From positions 51,493-115,492 of the forward strand of contig RDOA01000007.1 in NCBI GenBank assembly GCA_011364925.1: DNA of 64,000 nt. Reading direction: 5' to 3'. Origin of the DNA: Promethearchaeota archaeon. Its GTDB lineage: Archaea; Asgardarchaeota; Lokiarchaeia; Sigyniarchaeales; SOKP01. Under the pieces are notes generated by a model, which was not told the DNA's origin, did no database searches, and saw only the letters and a list, made by a program, of their open reading frames with translations. Within the stretch, counting starts at the first letter, position 1. Each line of letters begins with the position of its first letter. Below, in pieces: positions 1 to 10,655 of the stretch. The translations under genes were made by a program, and so were the position numbers.

Positions 1-822
1 TGGTTGATGTAATAAAACTAAGGGAAGAGTTTAAAGAGCCTTTCGATTTAGTTACGACTTCTGATGGGATTACATTATTTTTAAGGAAATGGGAGCCTCC
101 GAATCCTTCAAATATAGCTGTTCTTATTTTGCATGGGATTACATCGTATAGTAAACCTTACGAGATGTGGGAATCCAGTCTCCCAAGCAGGATTTACAGT
201 AATTGGCTTAGATCTGAGAGGTCATGGATTATCTGATGGAATTCGAGGTGATTACCCCAGTAAAGAGAGATTAATCAACGATCTTGTTGAAACCATTTCA
301 TTTTTAAAGAATCAATTCAAATCTCTAATAATATTCGGTCATAGTTTAGGTGTTCTTAACGCTCTAATCGCAACTACAAATATAAGCGAAAAAGTTGACG
401 GTTTAATTTTATTAAGCGCCGGGAAAACGGTTAATCCTGGAGTGTATAGAAAACAGTCGTTTACCCAGAAATTAAAGATCCTGTTTAGTTCGATCGTGCA
501 TCCAAGTAAACCTGTTATAAAGTATTATCGAGAAGGCATTTTAGGTTTGGATGATCCATTGTTTAATTTTAATTACACATTCAGATTTATGAGACTAATA
601 AATTTTAAGATTATAGACCGTTTGGATGAACTACACTGTCCTTTATTTTTTGGTATCGGAGAACACGATGAGATTTTTTCTATTGAATCAGCTCAATCAC
701 TATTTAACGATATACCTTGCCAAGATAAGCAATTTTTTATAATGCCCGGTGCTAAGCATGCTGTGGGATTTACTAAAGAGACATTCAATGAAATAATATC
801 TTGGTTGAAAACCAAATTCTAA
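1..822 (+). CDS. Alpha/beta hydrolase (lysophospholipase/monoacylglycerol lipase-like), frameshifted near 168; starts at the window edge
   Basis: Frame 3 from nt 3 reads VDVIKLREEFKEPFDLVTTSDGITLFLRKWEP..AVLILHGITSYSKPYEM. Frame 1 continues GNPVSQAGFTVIGLDLRGHGLS, then GHSLG nucleophile, D and H (AKHAV). Confidence 0.8.
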
Positions 823-858
823 TAATTTACCCAAATTAACTCTATTATTTTTATAATT

Positions 859-1704
859 ATGGAAACCAAAATTCAAAAGGTTGCGATAATCGGAGCTGGT
901 TTTACGGGAAAACAAATCGCAGCCCAAACAGCTTTATACGATTTTAAAGTGCAAATCTACGATATTAATTCTACAACCTTAAAGGAAGCCGAGAAATACA
1001 TTGTTGGAGTGTTAAAACGAAATAAGCGAAAAGAAGCAATTCAAAAAGTCTTATACTATTCTGATTTAACTCAAGCATTAGAAAATACCGATCTAGTAAT
1101 CGAAGCTGTTCCGGAAAATCTTGAGTTAAAAAAAGAAGTATTCTCACAAATAGACAACATTGCTCCAACACACGCTATAATAGGGACTAATAGTTCTTCT
1201 TATCCAGTATCAAGAATTGAATCTGCGGTCAAGAGAAAAGATAAAGTCCTAAACTTGCATTTCTATCCTCCTATTCCTACCCGTCCAATGGTAGATATTA
1301 TGCGTGGTTCCGAAACAAGTGAAGAAACGTTCGAAAAAGGTAAAATATGGATAACAGAAATTGGATGCGAACCGATTATTGTTAAAAAAGAATGTTTAGG
1401 TTTTGTGTTTAATAGAATCTGGCATACGGCAAGAAGAGAGGCTTTAAACATGTGGGATAAAGGAAACGCTGACATAGAAACCATTGATAAAGCGTGGAAG
1501 ATTTTTACTGGGATGAAAATGGGTCCATTTGTTCTAATGGACGGGATTGGATTGGATACTGTATATGCGGTACAAATGTCGTATTACAATGAAAGCGGAG
1601 ATCCTCGCGATAAACCACCAGATAGGCTTAAAGAAATGGTTGAAAAAGGCGATCTCGGTATAAAAACAGGAAAAGGATTCTACACTTGGAAAAAAAGGAA
1701 ATAA
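859..1704 (+). CDS. 3-hydroxyacyl-CoA dehydrogenase
   Basis: GAGFTG Rossmann motif, EAVPENLELKK, GTNSSS, LHFYPP, GFVFNR, MGPFVLMDGIGLD, GIKTGKGFY. Confidence 0.93.
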   Translation: METKIQKVAIIGAGFTGKQIAAQTALYDFKVQIYDINSTTLKEAEKYIVGVLKRNKRKEAIQKVLYYSDLTQALENTDLVIEAVPENLELKKEVFSQIDNIAPTHAIIGTNSSSYPVSRIESAVKRKDKVLNLHFYPPIPTRPMVDIMRGSETSEETFEKGKIWITEIGCEPIIVKKECLGFVFNRIWHTARREALNMWDKGNADIETIDKAWKIFTGMKMGPFVLMDGIGLDTVYAVQMSYYNESGDPRDKPPDRLKEMVEKGDLGIKTGKGFYTWKKRK

Positions 1705-1712
1705 ATTTGTTT

Positions 1713-2648
1713 TTACCCGTTTAATAATAAAATCAAGACCCAAATAAGACCAAAACTGATTAGAATTGTTAAATTCACAGTAATCGTAACTAATCTCTTA
1801 TCGTAACCGTTTTCTACTGAGAAGGGAATAACTGCAAGACCAACTGGTAATATTAAAGCCAAACAAATTATAATTCTAAAAAGAGAGTTGAAAATGTTTG
1901 GTGGCAATAAAAAAAATATGGAAAGACCTGTAATGAGACCTATTATGTACCTTAATGCTAAAACTTTAATTATTGATATCCATTCTGATTTAGAGAATTT
2001 AAATTGAAGAAATATTCCTAATAATAACAACGCTAAAGCTGAATTTGCCCTTGCTATAATGTCGATAAGGTCAGAAATAAAGCTTGGGAACACAAATCCC
2101 GCGAAATTGAGAATCAAAGCGACGATATAACTTATAAGTGGAGTAGATTTAAGTAAACGTCTTAAAATAAATTTGAAATTTATTTTCATTTCGAGATTCT
2201 GATTATTTGGGGAATATATTGTTGCTAGAATGTAACATAACACGAATATTGTAAAACCGTTCCCTGCATCGACAAGAATTATGTATTGCATTCCTGCTTG
2301 CCCCCATATCCCCTCTACTAAAGGAAAGAAGAAATTTGCGATGTTAAATCCCACTGTTGTCATAATCATAGCTCCTTTCAAGTAAGAAGGATCTTTTCTA
2401 AAAACCAAAATTGCAACGAAAGCCATCAAAAAACCAAAAGAAATACTAATAAAAGGTAATAAAGCCATTGAAAAATCAAATTGGATTGTTGTCGTAAACT
2501 TAAAGATAACTGCGGGGAGTGTGATATTGAAGATGATTTTCGCAATTGTATCACCATCTGATTCCTTCAATACTTTTAATTTTTTAATTAAATACCCTAT
2601 TATTATTATTGTAATAGAGATTAAAAAAACTACATTTACATCTGCCAT
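1713..2648 (-). CDS. AEC (auxin efflux carrier/malate permease) family transporter
   Basis: About 10 TM helices; IIIIGYLIKK N-terminus, FNITLPA, LALLLLG motifs. Confidence 0.82.
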   Translation of the reverse strand: MADVNVVFLISITIIIIGYLIKKLKVLKESDGDTIAKIIFNITLPAVIFKFTTTIQFDFSMALLPFISISFGFLMAFVAILVFRKDPSYLKGAMIMTTVGFNIANFFFPLVEGIWGQAGMQYIILVDAGNGFTIFVLCYILATIYSPNNQNLEMKINFKFILRRLLKSTPLISYIVALILNFAGFVFPSFISDLIDIIARANSALALLLLGIFLQFKFSKSEWISIIKVLALRYIIGLITGLSIFFLLPPNIFNSLFRIIICLALILPVGLAVIPFSVENGYDKRLVTITVNLTILISFGLIWVLILLLNG

Positions 2649-2874
2649 GCTTACATAATTCTAATACTTGTATTTTTGGTTATTAAAATATTTAAAACAA
2701 TTAAATAATTATCGACCTTGTTTTTATTCAGAATCAAAATATATTTTTTAGAGTTAAAAATCGCACTACATCGAATTCAAAGTTTATAGGGGCGAATTTA
2801 GATTAGAAAAAGACTTATAAGAAAATGGAATACAACATAGATTAATAATAACATTTAAACAAAAATGAATTAAA

Positions 2875-4239
2875 ATGTCATCAGACGAAATTAATGAAGA
2901 AGTTGAGTATGAAACCACTACATCTAAACGCAATATATTCTTTTGGGCAATGTACGACCTCGCAAATACGATTTATTCTATGGTGATTGTTAGCTTAATA
3001 ATAAATCGTTACATATTGGTCATAGGACAACTTGAATATGGTATGACTTATGGAACTGCCAGTTTTCTCTTTGGAACAGTCTCATTTGCAATGCAAATTG
3101 TTATAGCTTTATGTATACCGTTTTTAGGATCGTTAAGTGATAACATAGGTAAGCGTAAACCTTTCGTTATAAGTCTGACGGGAATTATCCTTATCTTCGC
3201 AAGCTTGATTGGATTTTCCCATAACCTCACATTAGTTCTATTATTTTACATCATAGCAAACATTGCATATCAATTTAGTTTGCTATTCTATGATGCTATG
3301 CTTCCATTTATTGCTAAAAGAAAGGACATTGGTAAAGTTGCGGGATTTGGTGTTGCTTGGGGTTATTTAGGTACGATTATTTCGCTTTTGATCATGATGC
3401 CTTTGATCCTCATATTAGGCGATATGGATTCAACACCTCCAGGTTTAACTTATGGATATACCGGATCTTGGATGCCATTTGTTATATCTATGATACTTTT
3501 TTTGGGTTTTGCGATTCCTTTTCTATTTGTTCGCGAAAAGCAAAAAAAAATGAAAAGACCCCCGATTGGTAAATTAATTAGTAACTCGTTTAAGCAAATA
3601 GGTAACACATTTAAAGAGATCAGGACGCATAAGTATATGTTTATTTTTATACTAGGGTATTTTTTTGTTGCAGATATTGCTAATGTAATAGTTCTATACA
3701 TGACACCAATTATTACTGATGGATTAGTTGTTGGAGGAGGATCTACAACATTCGCAATACTCTTTATAATTATCGCTACTTTCTCGGCTGTATTATTTAC
3801 TTTTTTTGTTGGATGGTTTGGTGAGAAATTCGGAGCAAAAAATACGTTCTTCCTTGTAGGGCTATTGTGGGGTATAGCATTAACTATCGGTGTCGTTTTA
3901 GTTTTTACAACTACTTCTATTGATATTGGTGGGAACGTTCCATTTATATTTACGCTAATAATGGGCATAGTAGCTGGTCCTGCTTTAGGAGGAACATGGA
4001 CGGCACAAAGAATCATGGTCGTAGAACTTGCTCCTAAAGAAAAGTTTGGTGAATTTTTTGGATTTTCTAAGCTGACTGGTAAATTCTCATCCGCGCTAGG
4101 GCCTTTAGTTTGGGGTCTTGTATTGTTATCTTACGACATAATAGGAAAAGCTGCATACGGTTGGGCTATGATCTCTGTAGGGGTTATCATGGCAATTGGA
4201 ATCGTTATCCTAAGCTTCGTAAAGACGAAATCAGAATAA
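2875..4239 (+). CDS. MFS transporter (UMF1/Atg22-like)
   Basis: WAMYDLAN, GSLSDNIGKRK, FYDAMLP, GEFFGF..GKFSSALGP; 12 TM. Confidence 0.88.
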   Translation: MSSDEINEEVEYETTTSKRNIFFWAMYDLANTIYSMVIVSLIINRYILVIGQLEYGMTYGTASFLFGTVSFAMQIVIALCIPFLGSLSDNIGKRKPFVISLTGIILIFASLIGFSHNLTLVLLFYIIANIAYQFSLLFYDAMLPFIAKRKDIGKVAGFGVAWGYLGTIISLLIMMPLILILGDMDSTPPGLTYGYTGSWMPFVISMILFLGFAIPFLFVREKQKKMKRPPIGKLISNSFKQIGNTFKEIRTHKYMFIFILGYFFVADIANVIVLYMTPIITDGLVVGGGSTTFAILFIIIATFSAVLFTFFVGWFGEKFGAKNTFFLVGLLWGIALTIGVVLVFTTTSIDIGGNVPFIFTLIMGIVAGPALGGTWTAQRIMVVELAPKEKFGEFFGFSKLTGKFSSALGPLVWGLVLLSYDIIGKAAYGWAMISVGVIMAIGIVILSFVKTKSE

Positions 4240-4490
4240 ATCAGTATCCAATACTTTTTTTTTATTTTTATTTGAAAATAAATATAAAATTAGTTATTAA
4301 GCTATTTTTTACATTATTTCCCCATTCTAAAATCTAAAATTACTGGCTAATCCAGTATTACTCTTAATTGCAGAAGAACAAGCACAAAAAAAACAAGAGA
4401 AATCCTAGGATTAAGCTAGTTTTTATACTATGAAACTTTAATTCTTGAAAGTAATAAAAATAAAAGAAAAGAAGGAAGGAATAAGTTAAA

Positions 4491-5906
4491 TCATTGTAGA
4501 TATGGATGTTGTTTTAATTCTTCTCGCATTTTTTTAAGTTTTTCACCATGTAATGGAAATCGTGATAAAATTATAATCGCTATTCCACATCCAATTGCAG
4601 GAAAAACAAACATTATCGTTTTGATTGCAAACTCTACTTCACTGAGAGGTATAAGAGGGTTATAATCATTCGCCCAAGATGTTCCTTGAAACACAATTCC
4701 AATAGTTAAGATGGCAAATATGGTAGAAAACCTATGAATGAATGCGTTGACGCCGTAATAACTCGCAGATCGTTTTACACCGAACTTAAGAGCATCCTCA
4801 TCAATTACATCACCATGTATTATATCAACATAGAAAAGAGCACCTGATAATGCGATCCCTTGAATAGCGGTCACTATAATTCCAAAGACTACATTTCCAA
4901 GTGGTATAAGCACAAAGAAGAACAGTAAGACGATCCATATTCCTAAAGTAAGCATGAAAGCATTTCGCATACCTAGTTTCCTACCAAGTCTCATGTGGAG
5001 TGGCAACAATAATGCTGCTATAATTAATGCTGAAGCTAACGATATCGTAATAATAAATCCTTGGTCTATAAGTAATATGTAGACCCCAAATAATGGTAAT
5101 ATTAGTATTAGAGTATTAAAGACATACCATACAAGCATATTAGTGAATGTAAACTTAAGGAACGTCGTATTCTTAGCTGTAATTTTAAGCGATTGATAAA
5201 ATGAAGGTCTCTTTTCGAAAATTTCTTGATCTTCGTCTTTTTCCTTAATGCCTTTGAGCAGAAAAGGAATTGCGGTTAAAATCGTTATCACTGCGACCAT
5301 TGTTCCACCAATTATATAGTTAATTTTAATAATATTAAGTCCAGCAGGAGTAGTTGTCTCATCTGGTACTAACGGAGAAAATAAAAGAGAAGGAAGACTT
5401 GCAATAATGATGCCTAAGACAGTTAAAGCTTTTACAAAAACATTTGTTTGTGATCGGTGACTTTCAGTTGGGAACATTTCCGGAAATAATGCATTTACAT
5501 TTACATCCCATAAGGTGTAAAAAAACTCAAATAACATGATAATGAAAAGGAAATATATATATTGAAGAATTTTTTCACTCGCCGCAAAGGGAACGGTAAA
5601 TAAGAAAATCATCATTAAAGATAATGGAATAATAGTTATAATTAGATAAAATTTCCGCTTCCCTAATTTACCCTTATGTCTTGTTCTTTCAGAAAGACCG
5701 CCCAAGATTGGATCATTGATGCTATTCCATAAAGACCAAACTATAAATCCAATCATCACTGGAACTGTACCCAAATTTACAACAGCAAAGTAATAAGTGA
5801 ACACAAAGAGATTAAAAAATTGATATACCATCTGATCGGGAATTGCAGAGAGAGCAAATAAGAATTTCTTTTTAAACGGTAATCGTTCGTCGCTCATACT
5901 TTTCAT
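4491..5906 (-). CDS. MFS transporter, GPH (glycoside-pentoside-hexuronide:cation symporter) family
   Basis: WNSINDPILGGLSERT, DVIDEDALKFGVKRSASYYG; 12 TM. Confidence 0.88.
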   Translation of the reverse strand: MKSMSDERLPFKKKFLFALSAIPDQMVYQFFNLFVFTYYFAVVNLGTVPVMIGFIVWSLWNSINDPILGGLSERTRHKGKLGKRKFYLIITIIPLSLMMIFLFTVPFAASEKILQYIYFLFIIMLFEFFYTLWDVNVNALFPEMFPTESHRSQTNVFVKALTVLGIIIASLPSLLFSPLVPDETTTPAGLNIIKINYIIGGTMVAVITILTAIPFLLKGIKEKDEDQEIFEKRPSFYQSLKITAKNTTFLKFTFTNMLVWYVFNTLILILPLFGVYILLIDQGFIITISLASALIIAALLLPLHMRLGRKLGMRNAFMLTLGIWIVLLFFFVLIPLGNVVFGIIVTAIQGIALSGALFYVDIIHGDVIDEDALKFGVKRSASYYGVNAFIHRFSTIFAILTIGIVFQGTSWANDYNPLIPLSEVEFAIKTIMFVFPAIGCGIAIIILSRFPLHGEKLKKMREELKQHPYLQ

Positions 5907-6081
5907 ATCGCTATTTTTTTTTTAAACATTATAAATTGTAATTAAGGTTGATTACGCTATATTGTATTTAAAATTATGCTTAAGAGTATAATACAAAATC
6001 TTCATAAGAATAAGCCTTATAAGATGATGGAATACAAAATCTATCAATTTTTTATTTGAGATTAAATTTAAAATTAGATTT

Positions 6082-7236
6082 TTAAGCCAATTTCTTCTCA
6101 GGCAAAATATTAACGCGACGATATGGACCTTCGATTAACGAAATAGCATTCTCGGGGCACAAATACGCACACACACCACATCCAACACATTCTTCTCCTA
6201 TTCTCTCCGCTAATCCTTCTTCGTTTAACTCTAACACTTGATTAAAACATTTTTCGACACATGTTCCGCAACCTATACATAAATCTTGATCAATATTAAC
6301 AGTATATTTTGCGATATTAACCATCGGAAACTTTACGGACACTTTACTAGTTGGACAGCAACAACTACAGCAATTACATATTGCTACTTCATCTTTGCTT
6401 AGATCTGAATTGAGATGATAAACTTTATGAACTAAACCTGCGTCTTCGATATCTTTTAAGATAGATAACGCTTCTTCTTTAGAAATAAGTCTTGTAAAAC
6501 CGTGTTTGGCTGTATGTCTTGCACTTTTCCCGAGCGTGAAACAACTTTCTCCGGGTGGATTCTGTTGGCATTTATGCCCTAAAAATTCCTCTTTTTGGCG
6601 ACAATAACATTGACCAACAGCTATATCGTCGAATTTGTTAACGATTTCCCTAATATCTTGAGCAGTGACAACTTGTTCTTCTGGTACTTCCAAGTCCTGA
6701 TTAACTATTATTTTAATCTCATCTCCAGTTTCTTTATTCTCTCTAATTGGAACTGTTCGATCCATTGCTGGTATAGTTTTCACCATGTTGGGAAGATTGT
6801 CGTAGTCATTTTGAGCGAGTGTTCCTAATTCCTTCTCTGTTTCGTGGAATAACTTTGCTAATCTTACCATTTCGTCGGTTTTTTCTAATTTTTTCATGAA
6901 AGTATACTCAAATTGACGGTATATAGGAGCTAGACGAAAAACCACTATACCTTGACGATTAGGTTGATCAAACATTACACCATGTTTCGCTAGACGGTCT
7001 ACCATTTTCAAAATCTCTTCTTCAGAATAGGATTTCTCACAGTATTTTGCTATGCTCTCCTTTAGTTGTTCCATCGTTTGAGAGATGTTCCTTTTAAACG
7101 CCAGTAAAAAATCTAAATATTCTTCCGGTATAGCATACTTTAAAATCTCAATCACATTATCTGAAACGATGTATGGTCCAGCTTGATTTAATATGTTGCC
7201 AATTTTTTTATATTTTTCATTAATATCTTCTGTCAT
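6082..7236 (-). CDS. 4Fe-4S dicluster domain protein
   Basis: CYCRQ, ICNCCSCCC, CIGCGTCVEKC and CVGCGVCAYLCP; start taken at MTED (7236) rather than 7263. Confidence 0.85.
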   Translation of the reverse strand: MTEDINEKYKKIGNILNQAGPYIVSDNVIEILKYAIPEEYLDFLLAFKRNISQTMEQLKESIAKYCEKSYSEEEILKMVDRLAKHGVMFDQPNRQGIVVFRLAPIYRQFEYTFMKKLEKTDEMVRLAKLFHETEKELGTLAQNDYDNLPNMVKTIPAMDRTVPIRENKETGDEIKIIVNQDLEVPEEQVVTAQDIREIVNKFDDIAVGQCYCRQKEEFLGHKCQQNPPGESCFTLGKSARHTAKHGFTRLISKEEALSILKDIEDAGLVHKVYHLNSDLSKDEVAICNCCSCCCPTSKVSVKFPMVNIAKYTVNIDQDLCIGCGTCVEKCFNQVLELNEEGLAERIGEECVGCGVCAYLCPENAISLIEGPYRRVNILPEKKLA

Positions 7237-7407
7237 TTTTTTCTCTCTTAAGCAATTATTCATTACTTACTATCTCGCTTTCCATTTAATAAAAAATTAT
7301 GGATATTGTTATAAACATTCCTCTGCATTCCCTAAATTAGGAGTAATCAAAAACTGGAGTGCCCAAGCCTTAAATTTATTTAAAAAGAAATACTCAAATT
7401 GCTTATA

Positions 7408-7992
7408 ATGTCAGATATGAATATAGAAGTTTATTATTTTGAGAAGGGAGGACCCCAAAATACAGATAAAGCATTGGAAGTAGCGAAAAAATATGCTCAA
7501 CAATTTGGTGTAAAGGATATAATAATTGCTAGCACAACAGGGATGACAGCTCAAAAAGCTAAAGACGTGTTTGATCTTGACAAATTCAAACTTATAATCG
7601 TAACTCATTCGTATTTTTTTGGTGGACCAAACAAGAGGCAGGAGTTTCCCGAAGATTTGATTGAAAGTTTGAAAAAAGAAGGTTTAATAGTGTTTTCCGC
7701 AACACACGCTTTTGCGTCAATAGAAAGAAGCTTTCGAGTGTCTTTAAAGCAGTGGGCACCTGTTGAACTAATGGCGAAATACCTAAGAGAAAATTTTAGC
7801 CAAGGCGTCAAAGTTTGCATGGAAATTGCAACTATGGTTTCTGATGCGGGATTAATTTCGAATCTTGAAGATGACATCATTTGTATAGGTGGGACGGGAA
7901 GAGGAGCGGATACTGTCTGTCTGATTAAACCTGCAACTACCAGCTTATTCCATGAATTAAGAGTTAAAGCAATTCTTGCAAAACCACTGTAA
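7408..7992 (+). CDS. Pyruvate kinase alpha/beta (PK_C)-domain protein, DUF1867-like
   Basis: YFEKGGPQNT, IASTTGMTA, QGVKVCMEIATMVSDAG, IGGTGRGADT. Confidence 0.85.
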   Translation: MSDMNIEVYYFEKGGPQNTDKALEVAKKYAQQFGVKDIIIASTTGMTAQKAKDVFDLDKFKLIIVTHSYFFGGPNKRQEFPEDLIESLKKEGLIVFSATHAFASIERSFRVSLKQWAPVELMAKYLRENFSQGVKVCMEIATMVSDAGLISNLEDDIICIGGTGRGADTVCLIKPATTSLFHELRVKAILAKPL

Positions 7993-8088
7993 TTATAAGA
8001 ATAAAATAAAAATTAAAGTATAATTAACTTTTTTTCCAAATTTCATTATTATATCCAGTCAAAAAAAATTTTATTCTCAAAATCATAA

Positions 8089-9081
8089 ATGAGTACTATG
8101 GGTAAAAAAATAAAGTGGGGAATCTTAGGTTGTGGAAAAATTGCCCATAAATTCGCTGAAGGATTAAAAGTAATTCCTGATGCAATATTAGAAGCTGTTG
8201 CGTCAAGAACGGAAGGAAAAGCTGAAAACTTTGGAAAATTATTTGGAGTAGAAAATAGGTATGATAACTATGAAGATCTGGTAGAAAACGCCGAAATAGA
8301 TGTTATATATATTGCAACAACTCATAATTTTCATCATGAGAATGCATTACTCTGTTTAAACCACGGAAAACCGGTTCTATGTGAAAAGCCTATTACACTG
8401 AACGCTACACAAACGGAGGACCTAATTAACTCTGCTCGTAGTAATAATTTATTTTTAATGGAAGCAATGTGGATGAGATTTATACCATGTATAGTTAAAT
8501 TAAAGGAACTTTTAGAGCAAGGTATAATTGGAGAAATTAAGCATCTAACAGCTAATTTTGGAATTAAAAAGGAATTGGATTCTAAAATTCGGTCGTTTAA
8601 CCCTGATTTAGGTGGTGGCGCATTACTTGACCTTGGAATTTATCCAATTTCATTTGCTAGAATGGTTTACAAGCAACCTCCTTCAAAGATACAAAGTAGT
8701 GCCTATATTGGAACAACATCAGTCGATGAAAAATCTTGTTATTTATTTGAATACGAAGATGGACAGACTGCTATGCTCTCTTCTTCGCATAGATTAATTA
8801 TGCCACACGATGCTTTCATTTATGGAACTAAAGGATATATACAAGTTCCTGACTTCTATCACCCTTCAGAAATGATTCTGAAATTAGAAGGCGATAAAAA
8901 GAAAACGATTAATGTACCTTTTAAATCTACGGGTTATAATTACGAAGCTATGGAAGTCATGCATTGTCTTAATACTGGAAAACTCGAAAGCATTCTCATG
9001 CCTTTAGATGAAACTTTAGAAATTATGAAAACTATGGATACATTACGTTCTCAATGGCATTTAAAATATCCAGGAGAATGA
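8089..9081 (+). CDS. Gfo/Idh/MocA family oxidoreductase (dihydrodiol/D-xylose dehydrogenase-like)
   Basis: WGILGCGKIA, LCEKP, EAMWMRF, GGGALLDLGIYP. Confidence 0.92.
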   Translation: MSTMGKKIKWGILGCGKIAHKFAEGLKVIPDAILEAVASRTEGKAENFGKLFGVENRYDNYEDLVENAEIDVIYIATTHNFHHENALLCLNHGKPVLCEKPITLNATQTEDLINSARSNNLFLMEAMWMRFIPCIVKLKELLEQGIIGEIKHLTANFGIKKELDSKIRSFNPDLGGGALLDLGIYPISFARMVYKQPPSKIQSSAYIGTTSVDEKSCYLFEYEDGQTAMLSSSHRLIMPHDAFIYGTKGYIQVPDFYHPSEMILKLEGDKKKTINVPFKSTGYNYEAMEVMHCLNTGKLESILMPLDETLEIMKTMDTLRSQWHLKYPGE

Positions 9082-9099
9082 ACCTAAGGGGGAATTCCA

Positions 9100-9489
9100 T
9101 TGAAAATAGAACATATTGCTATTTGGGTTAAAGACTTAGAAAAGATGAAAATTTTTTATGAAACTTATTTTAATGCAAAATCAAATGAGAAATACTTCAA
9201 TAATACCAACAAATTTTCATCGTATTTCTTAACCTTTGAAGGTGTGACAAGATTGGAACTTATGCAAATGCCCTCAATTCCAGAGTCATCAAATAATCCA
9301 TATATACAATCGATGGGTTTAGTTCATCTCGCAATCTCTGCAGGATCTAAGGAAAAAGTGATTAATTTGACTAAACGTTTGGCTAATGACGGCTACGAAA
9401 TATTAGATGGTCCAAGATATACAGGTGATGGTTATTTCGAAAGTACGGTATTAGATCCCGAAAACAATCGAATTGAAATTACTGTATAA
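9100..9489 (+). CDS. VOC family (glyoxalase/bleomycin resistance) protein
   Basis: IEHIAIWVKDLE, HLAIS, GPRYTGDGYFES, DPENNRIEIT. Confidence 0.9.
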   Translation: MKIEHIAIWVKDLEKMKIFYETYFNAKSNEKYFNNTNKFSSYFLTFEGVTRLELMQMPSIPESSNNPYIQSMGLVHLAISAGSKEKVINLTKRLANDGYEILDGPRYTGDGYFESTVLDPENNRIEITV

Positions 9490-9526
9490 TTTGAGACATT
9501 AATAAAATTAGAATAGGATTTTATTT

Positions 9527-10645
9527 TTATTTTCGAGATTCGTAATATGTGTTTTCTCCAGTTTCTTTGTTAAAGAAATGAAGTTTTTCTTCATCAAAAA
9601 TAAGATTAACTACGTCATTGATCTTAAAGTTTTCAATATTTCTGATAAGTGCTATTATTCTCTCCTCTTCTACTTTTAGATGAACTTCGAATTCTCTCCC
9701 AGTTAGCTCAATAATCTCAATGGTTGCCTTAATTGAGTTATCAGATTCATTTTTAGACAACTTAATATCTTCAGGTCGAATACCTAAAACGATTTCTTTG
9801 CCCTTCAATTCTTTTACGATACTGAATTCACTAGGTACTTTATAATTTATCTTCTTTGTAGTAAAATATACTGTTCCATTTTCTTCTTTCACAGATCCAT
9901 CAATTAAATTCATTGGAGGACTTCCAATAAATCCAGCGACGAATAAATTTTTTGGAAGGTCAAATATCGTTTGTGGTTTGTCGATTTGTTCAATTTCTCC
10001 CTTATTCAAAATAGCTATTCTATCTCCTAAAGACATAGCCTCAATTTGATCGTGGGTTACGTATATAGTAGTTATGCCCAATCTTCGATGCAATTTTTTT
10101 AGTTCTGCTCGAGCAAATATTCTCAGTTTTGCATCGAGATTTGAAAGAGGTTCATCCATCAGGAACGCGTTAGGTTCCCTTACAATTGCTCTTGCTAAAG
10201 CTACTCTTTGTCTTTGACCTCCGCTGAGTTGCTTTGGTTTTCTGTCTAAAAGCTCTTCTATCCCCAAACTTTTTGCGGTAGAGTGAACTAATTTCTCAAT
10301 TTCTTTCTTATCCATATTCTTTATTTCTAAGGGAAATGCTATATTTTTAAAAACCGTCATATGGGGATATATTGCGTAGTCTTGAAAAACCATCGCAACA
10401 TTTCTATCCTGAGGTCTTTCGTAATAGTTTTTTTCCGCACTAGTAACAATTTGTTCGTCAAACCATATTTCACCTTCTTCAGGTTTAATCAATCCAGCAA
10501 TGCACAAAAGGGTAGTTGTTTTTCCGCATCCAGAGGGACCTAATAAAATAAATAATTCTGAGTTTTTTATATCTATATCAACATTATTTACAGCATTACT
10601 TTCTCCATATTTTTTAACTAAGTTACTTATTCTTATATTTGTCAA
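9527..10645 (-). CDS. Carbohydrate ABC transporter ATP-binding subunit (MalK/UgpC-like)
   Basis: GPSGCGKT, LSGGQRQR, LMDEPLSNLD, YVTHDQ, C-terminal TOBE; GGTGA RBS before TTG. Confidence 0.95.
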   Translation of the reverse strand: MTNIRISNLVKKYGESNAVNNVDIDIKNSELFILLGPSGCGKTTTLLCIAGLIKPEEGEIWFDEQIVTSAEKNYYERPQDRNVAMVFQDYAIYPHMTVFKNIAFPLEIKNMDKKEIEKLVHSTAKSLGIEELLDRKPKQLSGGQRQRVALARAIVREPNAFLMDEPLSNLDAKLRIFARAELKKLHRRLGITTIYVTHDQIEAMSLGDRIAILNKGEIEQIDKPQTIFDLPKNLFVAGFIGSPPMNLIDGSVKEENGTVYFTTKKINYKVPSEFSIVKELKGKEIVLGIRPEDIKLSKNESDNSIKATIEIIELTGREFEVHLKVEEERIIALIRNIENFKINDVVNLIFDEEKLHFFNKETGENTYYESRK

Positions 10646-10655
10646 AATATCACCT

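Noticed and set aside
3450-4016. Long antisense ORFs (also 23431-23862, 44196-44603, 13525-13935 and others)
   Set aside because: Shadow frames opposite well-supported genes, typical for hydrophobic or biased codon usage.
4341-4411. Short hairpin and palindrome (tactgg-ctaat-ccagta; aatcctaggatt) as an ncRNA
   Set aside because: Too short; lies between convergent genes and is compatible with chance or termination signals.
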